The notes under the pieces: generated by a model
What the model was told of the DNA's origin: nothing
What the model saw: only the letters and a program-made list of their open reading frames with translations
The model's database searches: none
Translations under genes and position numbers: made by a program
Assembly (NCBI GenBank): GCA_052279835.1
Contig: CP181291.1
Location: forward strand, 352,001 to 416,000
Reading direction: 5' to 3'
Origin: Microcoleus sp.
Lineage (GTDB): Bacteria; Cyanobacteriota; Cyanobacteriia; Cyanobacteriales; Microcoleaceae
Length of the DNA stretch: 64,000 nucleotides
Part shown: piece after piece, positions 50,679 through 61,373 of the stretch
How the letters are laid out: each line of letters begins with the position of its first letter
Numbering within the stretch: position 1 is the first letter of the stretch

Positions 50679-52112
50679 TTAGTCTAGTTCATTTTCGAGA
50701 ATAGTGGCGATCGCACTTTTAGCATTATCCTGAAACTCCTGCACATCAACCCTTCCCAACAGCCAAACAGCCACCACCATACCCAGCGCCGGCACCATAA
50801 ACACCAACCCATAAGCCAGCATCGGCACCCCAAACAAACTCCTGCCAAAATCCAAAATAGCACCACCGCTAACCGTCGCGACACCTCGCGCCATAGCCTG
50901 AGACAAACCCCAAGCCCCAATAAAAGTCCCCGCAGTTTCCGCCGCCGTCAAATCCAACATCAAACTCAAAGCCCCCGTCGTCGTAACTCCCGAAGCCAGC
51001 CCAAACAATAGTAAAGCCAACTTAAACAAAATCGGATTACCAGTAAATCCCGATAAAACAATTAAACCAAAACAAACCGCCACCGCCAAACAGCCCAACC
51101 TAATCGTATTTTGCTTACCAATTCGCGGCACAATCAAAAAACCCGTGGCGCTTAAACCAAACAGCACACCAGTACCATAAATAGCATTCAACCGCGTAGT
51201 TTCCGAAATTGGCATCTTAAAAATTTCCCCGCCATAAGGTTCCAAAACCGCATCCTGCATAAACAAACAAATTGTCATAATCAGCAGGAAAGTAAAAAAT
51301 AAACCCGTTTGGCGACTAGCAGTCAAAATCCGCAGCGCACTTCCCAGAGTAATCTTATCTTCTCGATTAACTGCCGACGATCGCAATCCATACCGCGAAT
51401 ACTTTTTCTCAACCCCAAAAGTAGAAACCCCCACCAAAAACAAAACCAGCGCCGGCACCTTCACAAACAAACCATTAATCGAAGCCTGCAAAACCTCCCG
51501 TGGGACATCCCCATCAATTTGTTTAAGCAAACCGCTGCTAATAATCGCCCCAATAATAATACCAACCATCAACATCGACCACACAACACCAACCAACTTG
51601 GATCTATCTTCCTCATCCGAAACATCCACCAACAAAGCAGCAAAAGGAGTCGAACTCGAACAAATCGCAATACCATAAACTGCAAAAATCAAACCCAACA
51701 AACCCACCCAACCATAGGTAGGAGTCGTCCATCCCACAGCCTGCAAACTATCGCCTAAGCGCCACATCACCTGCACCGCCAAAAAAGCCGAAATCACAAA
51801 CAAAAACCCACCCAGCCACACATAACCAGTGCGGTGATGGCCAAACAAAGGCCTAGCATCAGACATTTGTCCAAACCACACCCTAGCCGGGGCGACAAAC
51901 TGGTGCATAGCCAGAGTAGCAGCCACCACAGTAGCCGGAATCGCCAACTCCTTAATCATCACCCGATTGAGCACCCCCAGGGTCAAAATCGACATCATAC
52001 CCAACCCCATCTGAAACAAGCCCAGGCGGAACATAGTCAGCAGGTTAACCCTTTTGAACCCAACAGTGGCAGAATCTGTTAATCTTGAATCTGGTAAACC
52101 GTCGATCGACAT
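50679..52112 (-). CDS. BCD family MFS transporter (PucC-like)
   Basis: RLGLFQ, LNRVMIKEL, QDAVLEPYGG and GAWGLSQA motifs. Confidence 0.92.
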   Translation of the reverse strand: MSIDGLPDSRLTDSATVGFKRVNLLTMFRLGLFQMGLGMMSILTLGVLNRVMIKELAIPATVVAATLAMHQFVAPARVWFGQMSDARPLFGHHRTGYVWLGGFLFVISAFLAVQVMWRLGDSLQAVGWTTPTYGWVGLLGLIFAVYGIAICSSSTPFAALLVDVSDEEDRSKLVGVVWSMLMVGIIIGAIISSGLLKQIDGDVPREVLQASINGLFVKVPALVLFLVGVSTFGVEKKYSRYGLRSSAVNREDKITLGSALRILTASRQTGLFFTFLLIMTICLFMQDAVLEPYGGEIFKMPISETTRLNAIYGTGVLFGLSATGFLIVPRIGKQNTIRLGCLAVAVCFGLIVLSGFTGNPILFKLALLLFGLASGVTTTGALSLMLDLTAAETAGTFIGAWGLSQAMARGVATVSGGAILDFGRSLFGVPMLAYGLVFMVPALGMVVAVWLLGRVDVQEFQDNAKSAIATILENELD

Positions 52113-52262
52113 AACTATTCAAATAAATACAACATTTGGATTTATCGTACCTGAGATATCGCAACTCGTCCCCATTCTTTCCCAGGCTAGAAGCTGAAAT
52201 CGGATTATTCGTATAAATTCATATAAAAATAAAGAGAATCAATAACTGTGGATTTACCAACC

Positions 52263-53207
52263 GTGACAACCATTACCCTAGGACAAAACGGCCCCGCCGT
52301 CATTCCCCTGTGCGTCGGAACTTGGGCTTGGGGGGATAAGCTATTTTGGAATTATGGCAGCAACTACGGCCCGGCAGAAGTAGAAGCAGCATTCAAAACA
52401 TCCCTAGATGCCGGAGTCAACTTCTTCGACACCGCCGAAGTCTACGGTAACGGCTTGTCTGAAGAATTACTAGGGCAGTTTATCAAAAAAACCAGCCAAC
52501 CAGTACAAGTAGCCACAAAATTCGGTCCCGTACCTTGGCGCATCACCGGAAAATCAGTTTCCGAAGCCTTGAGTGCTAGCTTAAAACGCTTGCAAGTAGA
52601 ACAAATAGCCCTCTACCAAGTACACTGGCCATTCTCATTTTTACTGAGTCAAGAAACCCTAATGAACGCCTTAGCGGATGAAGTCAAACAAGGCAGAATT
52701 CAAGCAGTGGGAGTCAGTAACTACACAGTAGAACAAATGCGGGAAGCCCACAAAATCTTAGCAAATAGAGGCGTTCCTTTAGCCACAAATCAAGTCCGTT
52801 ACTCCTTGCTATCGCGACAAGTAGAAAAACAAGGAATTGTCAGCGCAGCCCGCGAATTAGGAGTCACAATTTTAGCTTATAGTCCCTTAGCCCAAGGATT
52901 GCTCACAGGCAAATATAGTGCCGAACAACAACCTACAGGTGCCCGTAAATTTGACTCGCGCTTCAGCAAAACAGGCCTCACAAACATCGAATTAGTAATG
53001 TCCACTCTGCGGAAAATGGGCAAAAAGCGCGATCGCACTCCAGCCCAAGTAGCCCTCAATTGGCTAATCGCTAAAAAGGGAGTCATCCCCATTCCCGGCG
53101 CAAAAACAGCAAAACAAGCCCAAGAAAATGCCGGTGCATTAGGCTGGACTTTGAGCCAAGACGAAGTCAACCAACTAGAATTAATGACTCGTCCTTGGCA
53201 AGAATAA
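52263..53207 (+). CDS. Aldo/keto reductase
   Basis: GTWAWG, DTAEVYG, ATKF, GVSNY, AYSPL and IPGAK motifs. Alternative start at 52248. Confidence 0.93.
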   Translation: MTTITLGQNGPAVIPLCVGTWAWGDKLFWNYGSNYGPAEVEAAFKTSLDAGVNFFDTAEVYGNGLSEELLGQFIKKTSQPVQVATKFGPVPWRITGKSVSEALSASLKRLQVEQIALYQVHWPFSFLLSQETLMNALADEVKQGRIQAVGVSNYTVEQMREAHKILANRGVPLATNQVRYSLLSRQVEKQGIVSAARELGVTILAYSPLAQGLLTGKYSAEQQPTGARKFDSRFSKTGLTNIELVMSTLRKMGKKRDRTPAQVALNWLIAKKGVIPIPGAKTAKQAQENAGALGWTLSQDEVNQLELMTRPWQE

Positions 53208-53286
53208 ATCAGTTGACTTTTGACTGATGAAGGTTAACTTTTCACTGTAGGTTCGGTTTGAATTCCCTCTACCTAACCTACAGTTC

Positions 53287-53408
53287 ATGGGAGCATCCCG
53301 ATTTGGCATAGGCGAAGCATGACCGCTGTAAATCTCTGGTTATCACTAATAAATTTTCTGCGGTCATGCTTCGCCCCTAGGAATATATTTGCCAAACACA
53401 GATGCACC
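53287..53408. mobile_element. ~122-bp MITE-like element, copy B (opposite orientation)
   Basis: Reverse complement of 48945-49066, except for the inner 33-bp spacer. Confidence 0.75.
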
Positions 53409-53442
53409 CAGTTCATTTTATTCTTTACTCTTCCTTCTGACT

Positions 53443-53958
53443 ATGAAAATATTAACTGATTGGGGTTTCACGCGCGAAGGCTGGCGCAATAACAGCCGTG
53501 GTGAATATTTAGTTTTGCTGCAAGGAGCATTAATCACAGCATTTATAATCTTACCCGTTTATCAAATACCAGGCTGGAAAAATCCATCGACTCAACTACT
53601 TTATTCCATCTGGTTTTTAGCAAGTATCCTCAGCCTAAGCGGATTAATTTTCATCATTAAAGGACTCCTAGATTTAGGAAAAAGCCTCACACCTTTACCC
53701 TATCCCAGAACAGACGGAGAATTAGTCAAAACAGGAATTTATAGAATTGTAAGGCATCCTTTGTATAGCGGTATAATCTTCGTAGCCCTCGGCTGGACAA
53801 TCTTTCAGATTAGCTTATCCCATTTCATCGCTACTGCGATTTTACTCATATTTTTAGACATCAAAGCCCGCCGCGAAGAAACCTGGTTGAGTGAAAAATA
53901 TCCAGACTATTCAGATTATCGTCAACAGGTCAAAAAATTCATTCCCGGAATTTATTAA
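53443..53958 (+). CDS. Isoprenylcysteine carboxyl/phospholipid methyltransferase family membrane protein
   Basis: LVKTGIYRIVRHPLYSG and EE..L...Y..Y..Y motifs. Confidence 0.88.
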   Translation: MKILTDWGFTREGWRNNSRGEYLVLLQGALITAFIILPVYQIPGWKNPSTQLLYSIWFLASILSLSGLIFIIKGLLDLGKSLTPLPYPRTDGELVKTGIYRIVRHPLYSGIIFVALGWTIFQISLSHFIATAILLIFLDIKARREETWLSEKYPDYSDYRQQVKKFIPGIY

Positions 53959-54168
53959 TTCCTCCCTCCCCCACCCACTTAAACTAACAACCACAATCAG
54001 ACATAGAAGGCCGATCTAAAATCCTCTATTCATCGTCCTGTATTAAACTCTCTCTTCTCTTCCTCTTTCCCCCCTTGGGGGGGGCAGGGGGGGGTCGTCC
54101 TTAGCGCCTTCGCGGTTAAATCATTCCGATACAACCGGAATTGATATCACTCATGACTGCTGATTACT

Positions 54169-55587
54169 ATGAAAAAATCGTTAAAATTTCAATTACTGGC
54201 GATCGCACTATTGCTATGCTTATCACATACATTAACGGCTTGTAGCTCCCTCAAAAAACCCTTTGAACTGCCCCCATCGGCCACAAAAGAACCCTGGCCA
54301 GTTCAAACAGGCCTCCGAGTCAACATCCTTCGCGACAACATACCCATTGTTAACCGCATAGTTTTAGTACCAGACGAAGCCACATTCTTAGCAGCCATCC
54401 AAAAATGGAACCTCAAAGGACATTGGCCAATTCTGATCGAAGATAACAAATATACGCCCATGTTTCTCCATCGCTTCCAAGCCGATGAAATAGTCCGTTT
54501 ACCCAGCATCAAACAGCAACTGCCAAAAAGTCAAAAACTTCAACAATTGATGCTGAAAGCATCAGCAGCAGCCTGGAATTGCACAGATTCTCAAACTTTA
54601 AAAGCCAAATGGATGGAGTTGGGCTGGGAACCGCCAGGAGTAGTAATCACATCTGAAAATGACCCAGCAAGGACAGCAGCAGTCGCCTTAGCCGCCGCCC
54701 GCGGTCAACCTTTAGTATTTTTAGAAGGTAACTTCGGAAAGCCTAATGATACTCTCAATCAGCAACAGTGGCAAACTCTGCAAACCGCAGTTACCACAGC
54801 AGTCGAATCTACTGGATATTTTTATGCTCAACTCGGCGATGCGATCGACACTTTAACCATGGTACGCCAATTAGCAGTCAAATATCAATCCCCAGACCAA
54901 CCAGACGAACAATTAGCCGTTACTGACGGTTTGGGGCGTCACCCCAACCGCGATCGCTGGGCTGTCGCCGGCTGGATTTACGGTGCCTCAGTGCGATCGA
55001 TTTATCAAGTCATGTGTTCCATATTTCTAGATGTTCAAACAGCCCTGCTTTATGATAGTTACCCCCAGGAAGGAAGTTGGGCAAAATATGAAATGAACTC
55101 AGCAGCTATCGGATTAAAAACACTAGATTTGGAAGTAGAATTAGTTGAAAAACCCGAATCTAGCCTCAACAAATGGCGAACTTTAGCATCAAAATCCTGG
55201 GAATTTGACTTGATTTTGATGAATTCCAAAGGCTATTCAAATTCATTCCAAGTTGGCAACGGCGATGCTTTAGTAAAAGACATCCCACAACTCAAATTTC
55301 CCGCAGTTGTGCACATGATACATAGTTGGTCTGCCGCAGCACCAGATGATAAAAATACCGTTGCTGGACGGTGGTTAGAAAATGGCGCTTATACCTATGT
55401 TGGTAGTGTTAATGAACCTTTGTTATCGGCATTTATTCCGCCGAAATTAATCGTAGACCGACTTTTGCGATCGGCTCCATTTTTAATCGCAGCGCGACAG
55501 TTACAATCTGCTCCCTGGAAAATTACAACTATGGGAGATCCGCTAATGTCGATCGGCAAACCGAAACCAAGAATTCCGCCTACTTAA
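54169..55587 (+). CDS. Hypothetical lipoprotein
   Basis: 472-aa ORF with signal peptide and LTAC lipobox. Confidence 0.75.
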   Translation: MKKSLKFQLLAIALLLCLSHTLTACSSLKKPFELPPSATKEPWPVQTGLRVNILRDNIPIVNRIVLVPDEATFLAAIQKWNLKGHWPILIEDNKYTPMFLHRFQADEIVRLPSIKQQLPKSQKLQQLMLKASAAAWNCTDSQTLKAKWMELGWEPPGVVITSENDPARTAAVALAAARGQPLVFLEGNFGKPNDTLNQQQWQTLQTAVTTAVESTGYFYAQLGDAIDTLTMVRQLAVKYQSPDQPDEQLAVTDGLGRHPNRDRWAVAGWIYGASVRSIYQVMCSIFLDVQTALLYDSYPQEGSWAKYEMNSAAIGLKTLDLEVELVEKPESSLNKWRTLASKSWEFDLILMNSKGYSNSFQVGNGDALVKDIPQLKFPAVVHMIHSWSAAAPDDKNTVAGRWLENGAYTYVGSVNEPLLSAFIPPKLIVDRLLRSAPFLIAARQLQSAPWKITTMGDPLMSIGKPKPRIPPT

Positions 55588-55860
55588 CAACCAATCTAAA
55601 CAACACTCTAAATGCGTAAATATACTCAATCCACATTCTTGCCCAATTCCTGAAAGATTAAATGTAATCAGACATACAATCTCCCACCTCAAATTAGCAG
55701 CTCCTCTGTTAAGTCCCTTTCGCACCAAGTCACCACCACCAAAAATCCTGTTTAAAATCACTCTTAATTTAGTTGTCAATTCCCCTAAAATCACTCAAAA
55801 TTAAAATAAGAAATAAAATGTAATATTTATCTAAATTCTTACAGAAGAATTAATCCCTAG

Positions 55861-57444
55861 ATGAGACCCCTCCATCCTGTAGACTTGGAGCCGCCTGGCC
55901 CAACCGCAAAAACTCCCGATGCTTCCCTGCTGAGCCCCATATTCAACCGCTTGCACCCCAGTCCCGAAACCCTCCTACTCATCCTCTCCCTAGTCATCGG
56001 GGGAGTCACTGGTGCGGGTGTCATCACTTTTCACTATCTCATCCATCTGATCCACACCCTGATGCTGGAAGACTTGATGGGGGTAATTTCCTCTTCAGGG
56101 CCTTGGACACTAGCCTGCATTCCCACCCTTGGCGGACTCGTCATCGGCTTAATGCGCTGGCGGTTTCGGGATTTTGGCCCCAATATGTCTTCCCTGATTG
56201 CAGCCACTCGCGGGTTGCAAGAACTCTCCCCCCTCAAACCCATCACTAAAATGGTGGCAGCCTCCGTTTCCCTAGGCACCGGCGCTTCCCTCGGCCCAGA
56301 AGCCCCCAGCGTCGAAATCGGTGCCAACTTTGGAATGCTGCTGGCTCAAGTTTTGCAACTTTCCCCAGAAAGGCAGCGCTTGCTCCTGGGTGCTGGTGCC
56401 GCCGCAGGTTTATCTGCGGGTTTCAACGCTCCCATCGCTGGAGTATTCTTTGCCTTAGAAGTCGTCCTCGGCAGCACTTTCGCCACATCTTCAGTCAGCG
56501 TTGTTTTGCTGGCTGCGGTAGTTTCGGCGCTTTTAGCTCAAATTTGTTTGGGCGCTCAGCCTGCTTTTGCTTTGCCTGTCTACGATGTGCGTAGTCCCTT
56601 AGAATTGCCTTTTTATATGGGCTTAGGAGTTTTGGCTAGTGGTGTCTCCCTAGCCTACACCGAGGCCATTCAACTGGCAGAACGTTGTTTTCACGGGAAA
56701 GTCCTGGGATTTGGTTGGCTGGGACGAGTGCCGAGGCCGATTCACCCAATTATCGGTGGTGCTGGCGTTGGTTTAGTAGCTTTGGTGTTACCTCAAGTTT
56801 TGGGGGTTGGTTACGAAACTGTTCAAGCCATGCTTCAAGATGTTGAGTTTTCTTTGCCTTTGTTGCTGCTGTTGTTGTTTGTGAAACTGACAGTGACAGC
56901 AATTAGCCTGGGTAGCGGTTTGGTGGGTGGCATTTTTGCTCCGGCGATGTTTTTGGGTGCTTCCCTGGGTTCGGCTTATGGCATCTTTTTGACCATGGTG
57001 CCAGCTTTGGCCGATCGCGTTGCTGGACCTCCTGCCTATGCCATGGTGGGAATGGCTGCGGTGCTCGCCGGTAGTGCTAGAGCGCCTTTGACAGCCATTC
57101 TGTTGATGTTTGAATTGACTAGAGATTACCGGATTGTTTTGCCTTTGATGGCGGCAGTCGGATTGAGCGTTTGGCTGGTGGAGTGTGTTAATCGTCGATC
57201 GCAAGCCCACAGCCTCAACCTTCAGCAAATGGGCGTAGATGTTGCCGTGAATACACCGATTAAGGCAAGGGAACAGTTGCAGGATTGGGAAGATGCACTG
57301 GGCGATCGCATTGTCACCGAACTGATTTCTTGCCAAATTCCGATCGATGAGGAACACCACAGTGATGAGCCTGTGTTGGCTATGGCTAATGCACATTTGC
57401 CGGAAAATATCAAGCTATCACCTGAAAAAAAATCAGCAGTTTGA
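55861..57444 (+). CDS. ClC chloride channel/transporter family protein
   Basis: GASLGPEAP, GFNAP, GGIFAP and FELT motifs. Confidence 0.93.
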   Translation: MRPLHPVDLEPPGPTAKTPDASLLSPIFNRLHPSPETLLLILSLVIGGVTGAGVITFHYLIHLIHTLMLEDLMGVISSSGPWTLACIPTLGGLVIGLMRWRFRDFGPNMSSLIAATRGLQELSPLKPITKMVAASVSLGTGASLGPEAPSVEIGANFGMLLAQVLQLSPERQRLLLGAGAAAGLSAGFNAPIAGVFFALEVVLGSTFATSSVSVVLLAAVVSALLAQICLGAQPAFALPVYDVRSPLELPFYMGLGVLASGVSLAYTEAIQLAERCFHGKVLGFGWLGRVPRPIHPIIGGAGVGLVALVLPQVLGVGYETVQAMLQDVEFSLPLLLLLLFVKLTVTAISLGSGLVGGIFAPAMFLGASLGSAYGIFLTMVPALADRVAGPPAYAMVGMAAVLAGSARAPLTAILLMFELTRDYRIVLPLMAAVGLSVWLVECVNRRSQAHSLNLQQMGVDVAVNTPIKAREQLQDWEDALGDRIVTELISCQIPIDEEHHSDEPVLAMANAHLPENIKLSPEKKSAV

Positions 57445-57488
57445 CAGAGATAAAATACTAATGTTACCTCTACCACCTAATTCAAACT

Positions 57489-58364
57489 ATGATATTTATC
57501 AACCCAAAAACCGATTACGCCTTCAAAAAAATCTTCGGTTCCTCCGAAAGCAAAGATATTCTGATTAGCTTTCTCAACGCTCTTATTTATGAAGGAAATT
57601 CCACCATTCAAGACTTAGAAATTATCAACCCAAATCTGCCCCCAAAAGTAGAAGGATTAAAAGATAGTTATCTGGATGTCAAAGCCCAGCTCAATAATGG
57701 GACTTTAGTAATTATTGAAATGCAAGTGCTCAACGTCCAGTCTTTTGGGAAGCGGGTTTTTTACAATGCCGCAAAAACTTACGCATTTCAATTACAAGCA
57801 GCCCAAGGATACCGACTGTTGAAGCCAGTGATTGCTCTGACAATTACTGACTTTGAAATGTTTCCTGAGAGTGAGGACTTTAGTTCTAGATTTGTGTTAA
57901 AAGAAGTAAATAAAAACTTTACTTATCCCGAAAACGACCTAGATTTAGTGTTTGTAGAGTTGCCGAAATTTACTAAAGAAGAAGGTCAACTGGAAACTCT
58001 GGCAGATAAATGGATTTATTTCATGAAAAATGCGAGAAGTTTGACATCAGTCCCAGAAACAATGGATAGTATACCGGAAATACATCAAGCTTTTGATATT
58101 GCAAATCAAGCCAGGTTGAGCCGCGAGGAATTGGAAGATTTGGACAGAAGAGAACAGTTTATTTATGACCAACAGGGGGCGATTATTAAAGCTGTTCAGG
58201 AAGGCATAGAACAAGGCATCGAACAAGGAAGAGAAGAAGGGATGCGAGAAAAGGCGATCGCGATCGCCCAACAGTTACTTGCAAGACTAGACGATCGAAC
58301 CATCAGCCAAACTACAGGGCTTAGCGTTGAGGATGTACGCAATTTGCGATCGATGCCTTCCTAA
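57489..58364 (+). CDS. Rpn family recombination-promoting nuclease / PD-(D/E)XK protein, copy 1
   Basis: PKTDYAFKKIFG, LDV, IEMQ and ELPKF motifs; GIEQG repeats. Confidence 0.92.
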   Translation: MIFINPKTDYAFKKIFGSSESKDILISFLNALIYEGNSTIQDLEIINPNLPPKVEGLKDSYLDVKAQLNNGTLVIIEMQVLNVQSFGKRVFYNAAKTYAFQLQAAQGYRLLKPVIALTITDFEMFPESEDFSSRFVLKEVNKNFTYPENDLDLVFVELPKFTKEEGQLETLADKWIYFMKNARSLTSVPETMDSIPEIHQAFDIANQARLSREELEDLDRREQFIYDQQGAIIKAVQEGIEQGIEQGREEGMREKAIAIAQQLLARLDDRTISQTTGLSVEDVRNLRSMPS

Positions 58365-58433
58365 CTAAAAATTTAGGCGAGGATAATCTCCTGTAGCCAA
58401 CTGATTTAATTCTTAACCTACTACATTCCAATT

Positions 58434-59282
58434 ATGATATTTATCAACCCAAAAACCGATTACGCTTTCAAAAAAATATTCGGTTCCTCCGAAAGCAAAG
58501 ATATTCTAATCAGCTTTCTGAATGCTCTCATTTATGAAGGAAATTCCACCATTCAAGACTTAGAAATTATCAATCCAAATCTGCCCCCAAAAGTAGAAGG
58601 ATTAAAAGATAGTTATCTGGATGTCAAAGCCCAGCTCAATAATGGCACTTTAGTAATCATTGAAATGCAAGTGCTCAACGTCCAGTCTTTTGGGAAGCGG
58701 GTTTTTTACAATGCCGCAAAAACTTACGCATTTCAATTACAAGCAGCCCAAGGATACCGACTGTTGAAGCCAGTGATTGCTCTGACAATTACTGACTTTG
58801 AAATGTTTCCTGAGAGTGAGGACTTTAGTTCTAGATTTGTGTTAAAAGAAGTAAATAAAAACTTTACTTATCCCGAAAACGACCTAGATTTAGTGTTTGT
58901 AGAGTTGCCGAAATTTACTAAAGAAGAAGGTCAACTGGAAACTCTGGCAGATAAATGGATTTATTTCATGAAAAATGCGAGAAGTTTGACATCAGTCCCA
59001 GAAACAATGGATAGTATACCGGAAATACATCAAGCTTTTGATATTGCAAATCAAGCCAGGTTGAGCCGCGAGGAATTGGAAGATTTGGACAGAAGAGAAC
59101 AGTTTATTTATGACCAACAGGGGGCGATTATTAAAGCTGTTCAGGAAGGCATAGAACAAGGCAAGCGAGAAGAGAAGTTGGCGATCGCCCGACAATTACT
59201 TTCACAGCTAGATAATGCCACGATTAGCCAAGTTACCGGGCTTAGCGTGGAGGATGTGCAAAATTTGCGGGGCGATTCATAG
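58434..59282 (+). CDS. Rpn family recombination-promoting nuclease / PD-(D/E)XK protein, copy 2
   Basis: Protein identical to copy 1 up to ...QEGIEQG, then a divergent C-terminus. Confidence 0.92.
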   Translation: MIFINPKTDYAFKKIFGSSESKDILISFLNALIYEGNSTIQDLEIINPNLPPKVEGLKDSYLDVKAQLNNGTLVIIEMQVLNVQSFGKRVFYNAAKTYAFQLQAAQGYRLLKPVIALTITDFEMFPESEDFSSRFVLKEVNKNFTYPENDLDLVFVELPKFTKEEGQLETLADKWIYFMKNARSLTSVPETMDSIPEIHQAFDIANQARLSREELEDLDRREQFIYDQQGAIIKAVQEGIEQGKREEKLAIARQLLSQLDNATISQVTGLSVEDVQNLRGDS

Positions 59283-59472
59283 TTTAAAGTAATTGGGTGC
59301 AGCAACTGAAATATGCACAAAATATCCGCAGTGTGGAGTTTACCCGATCGCTCCGTGAGTCAGAAATATCAAACCCACCATCAACCCCTCGACATCGCAG
59401 ACAGTGGCGCAACCCTCAACTGTGGGCTAAAATAATCAAAAATTATCAACCACAAGCCCAGAGGCGCTCTCG

Positions 59473-59952
59473 GTGACTCCGAACGAGGCAAAAGCCAACA
59501 GCACAAGTCAGAAAATGCCAGGAAAAGCCCCCTTGGGTTCTAGTTACTACGGCTTATTAGGGCTGCATCCTTCCGCATCCGCCATCGAAATTCGGCGATC
59601 GTACCGGGAACTGAGTAAACTCTACCATCCCGATACCACCGACTTGCCACCGACAGTCGCTACCGCCAAATTTCAGCAGCTTAACAACGCCTACGCCACC
59701 CTCAGCAACCCAGAACGTCGCCTCGCCTACGACCTCAAAATCGGCTATTCTCGGATGAATACGATCCAGCAGCCCCCTGGTTTCAACACTCCGGTTTCCC
59801 AATCGCGGGAAAAAAATTTCAACTCGGCTTACCTCGATCCCACGGATCGCCCCCTTTCTCCAGGAGAAATATTCGCCCTGTTTATCATGGGGGCTACTTT
59901 AATCGGATGTTTGATGCTGGCGATCGCGATCGGGCTAATTCGTGGTAATTGA
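59473..59952 (+). CDS. J-domain (DnaJ-like) protein with C-terminal TM helix
   Basis: YYGLLG...YRELSKLYHPD...AYATLS. Confidence 0.9.
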   Translation: MTPNEAKANSTSQKMPGKAPLGSSYYGLLGLHPSASAIEIRRSYRELSKLYHPDTTDLPPTVATAKFQQLNNAYATLSNPERRLAYDLKIGYSRMNTIQQPPGFNTPVSQSREKNFNSAYLDPTDRPLSPGEIFALFIMGATLIGCLMLAIAIGLIRGN

Positions 59953-59993
59953 CCACTAAAAGTTATAAATTAAAAATTAACCACTGTTTACAC

Positions 59994-60230
59994 AATTCCC
60001 TCCCTCATTCCCCCCTTGGGGCCAGGGCGGTTGCCCAATTCCCCATTCCCAATTCCCAATTCCCTCCCTCATTCCCCCCTTGGGGCAGGGGGGGGTTGCC
60101 CAATTCCCCATTCTCTCCCTCATTCCCCCCTTGGGGGGGGCAGGGGGGGTTGCCCCATTCCCCATTCCCTCCCTCATTCCCCCCTTGGGGGGGGCAGGGG
60201 GGGGTTGCCCCATTCCCCATTCCCCATTCC
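59994..60230. repeat. About four tandem ~55-60-bp composite units (CCCATTC heptamers plus CCCCCCTTGGGGGG palindrome)
   Basis: TCCCTCATTCCCCCCTTGGGG recurs four times. Confidence 0.85.
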
Positions 60231-60232
60231 TT

Positions 60233-60505
60233 ATGACTCTTCCTTCGGCTGACACCCCTTTGTACAACCATCCACTCCCAGAAATCGAGCAGTGGCTAAA
60301 AAGCCGCGGCTGCGAACAAAACCTGCGGGAACTCCACTGCTGGAACATCGATCGACCTGCATGGAAAGCAGAACTCTCCCTCGACATCGACCAACTCACC
60401 ATCCGCTACATCAATGCGGGAAACGACGGCCAAGATATTCAGCGCTTTTTCAAATACTCTCTCTCCCGTCAGGATATCGAAGAAGCAGTGTTTTCAGGGC
60501 CATGA
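60233..60505 (+). CDS. DUF3143 family protein
   Basis: TPLYNHPLPEIEQWL...FKYSLSRQDIEEAVFSGP. Confidence 0.85.
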   Translation: MTLPSADTPLYNHPLPEIEQWLKSRGCEQNLRELHCWNIDRPAWKAELSLDIDQLTIRYINAGNDGQDIQRFFKYSLSRQDIEEAVFSGP

Positions 60506-60626
60506 TTCGATTTTAGATTGGCAATTGGGGATTTGAGATTGATGGATTGTTGGTGAATGTAAAAAATTCCCCAATCTTAAAATTTAAATCTTAAATCTCA
60601 AATCCCAAATTTACAATCTAAAATCC

Positions 60627-61373
60627 TTACACTTTCCCAAATCGGCGGCTGCGTTTCTGATAAGTAGACAAAGCACGGTGAAACTCCGATCGATCAAAAT
60701 CAGGCCATAGCGTCTCAGTAATATAAATTTCCGAATACGCCATTTGCCACAACAGAAAATTGCTCAATCGCATTTCCCCACTCGTCCGAATCAACAAATC
60801 CGGGTCGCAAACATCCGCAGTATACAGATAGCGTTTAAATAAAACCTCATCAATGTCAGAAGGCTGCAACTTACCCTCCTGCACCTGAGTTGCGATCGCC
60901 CTACAGGCCTGCACAATCTCTTGGCGCCCCCCGTAATTCGTCGCCACCGTAAACCGAATTCCCTGATTATGTTGAGTTGCAGCCACCGAACGCTCAATTT
61001 CCGCCTGCAAAGACATGGGCAAAGCCTGCAAATTCCCCATAAATTGGATTTGCACGTCCTCGTCCACCATTTCCCGCAATTCTTGTCGCAACTTTCCCTC
61101 AAACAGACTCATTAAAAAATCCACCTCCCCGGCCGGCCGGCCCCAATTTTCCGTCGAAAAAGCATAGGCCGTCAAAGCTGGAATTCCCCAATCTTTGCAA
61201 CAGCGCAGCAATTCCTTGAGCACGCTAGCCCCTCGACGGTGGCCCGCAATCCTCGGCAACCCTTTATTCTTTGCCCAGCGACCGTTCCCGTCCATAATCA
61301 CCGCTATGTGCTTAGGCAGCCGTTCTTGTTCCAGATCCTCCGGCAGTTCTTGCAAGCAAATTCCTTTACTCAT
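60627..61373 (-). CDS. uppS: Undecaprenyl diphosphate synthase (isoprenyl transferase)
   Basis: [19 protein letters not shown] and [15 protein letters not shown] motifs. Confidence 0.96.
   Translation of the reverse strand: MSKGICLQELPEDLEQERLPKHIAVIMDGNGRWAKNKGLPRIAGHRRGASVLKELLRCCKDWGIPALTAYAFSTENWGRPAGEVDFLMSLFEGKLRQELREMVDEDVQIQFMGNLQALPMSLQAEIERSVAATQHNQGIRFTVATNYGGRQEIVQACRAIATQVQEGKLQPSDIDEVLFKRYLYTADVCDPDLLIRTSGEMRLSNFLLWQMAYSEIYITETLWPDFDRSEFHRALSTYQKRSRRFGKV

Noticed and set aside
59949..60232. Several Pro/Gly-rich ORFs
   Set aside because: They are artefacts of the C/G-rich repeats; the real gene starts at 60233.
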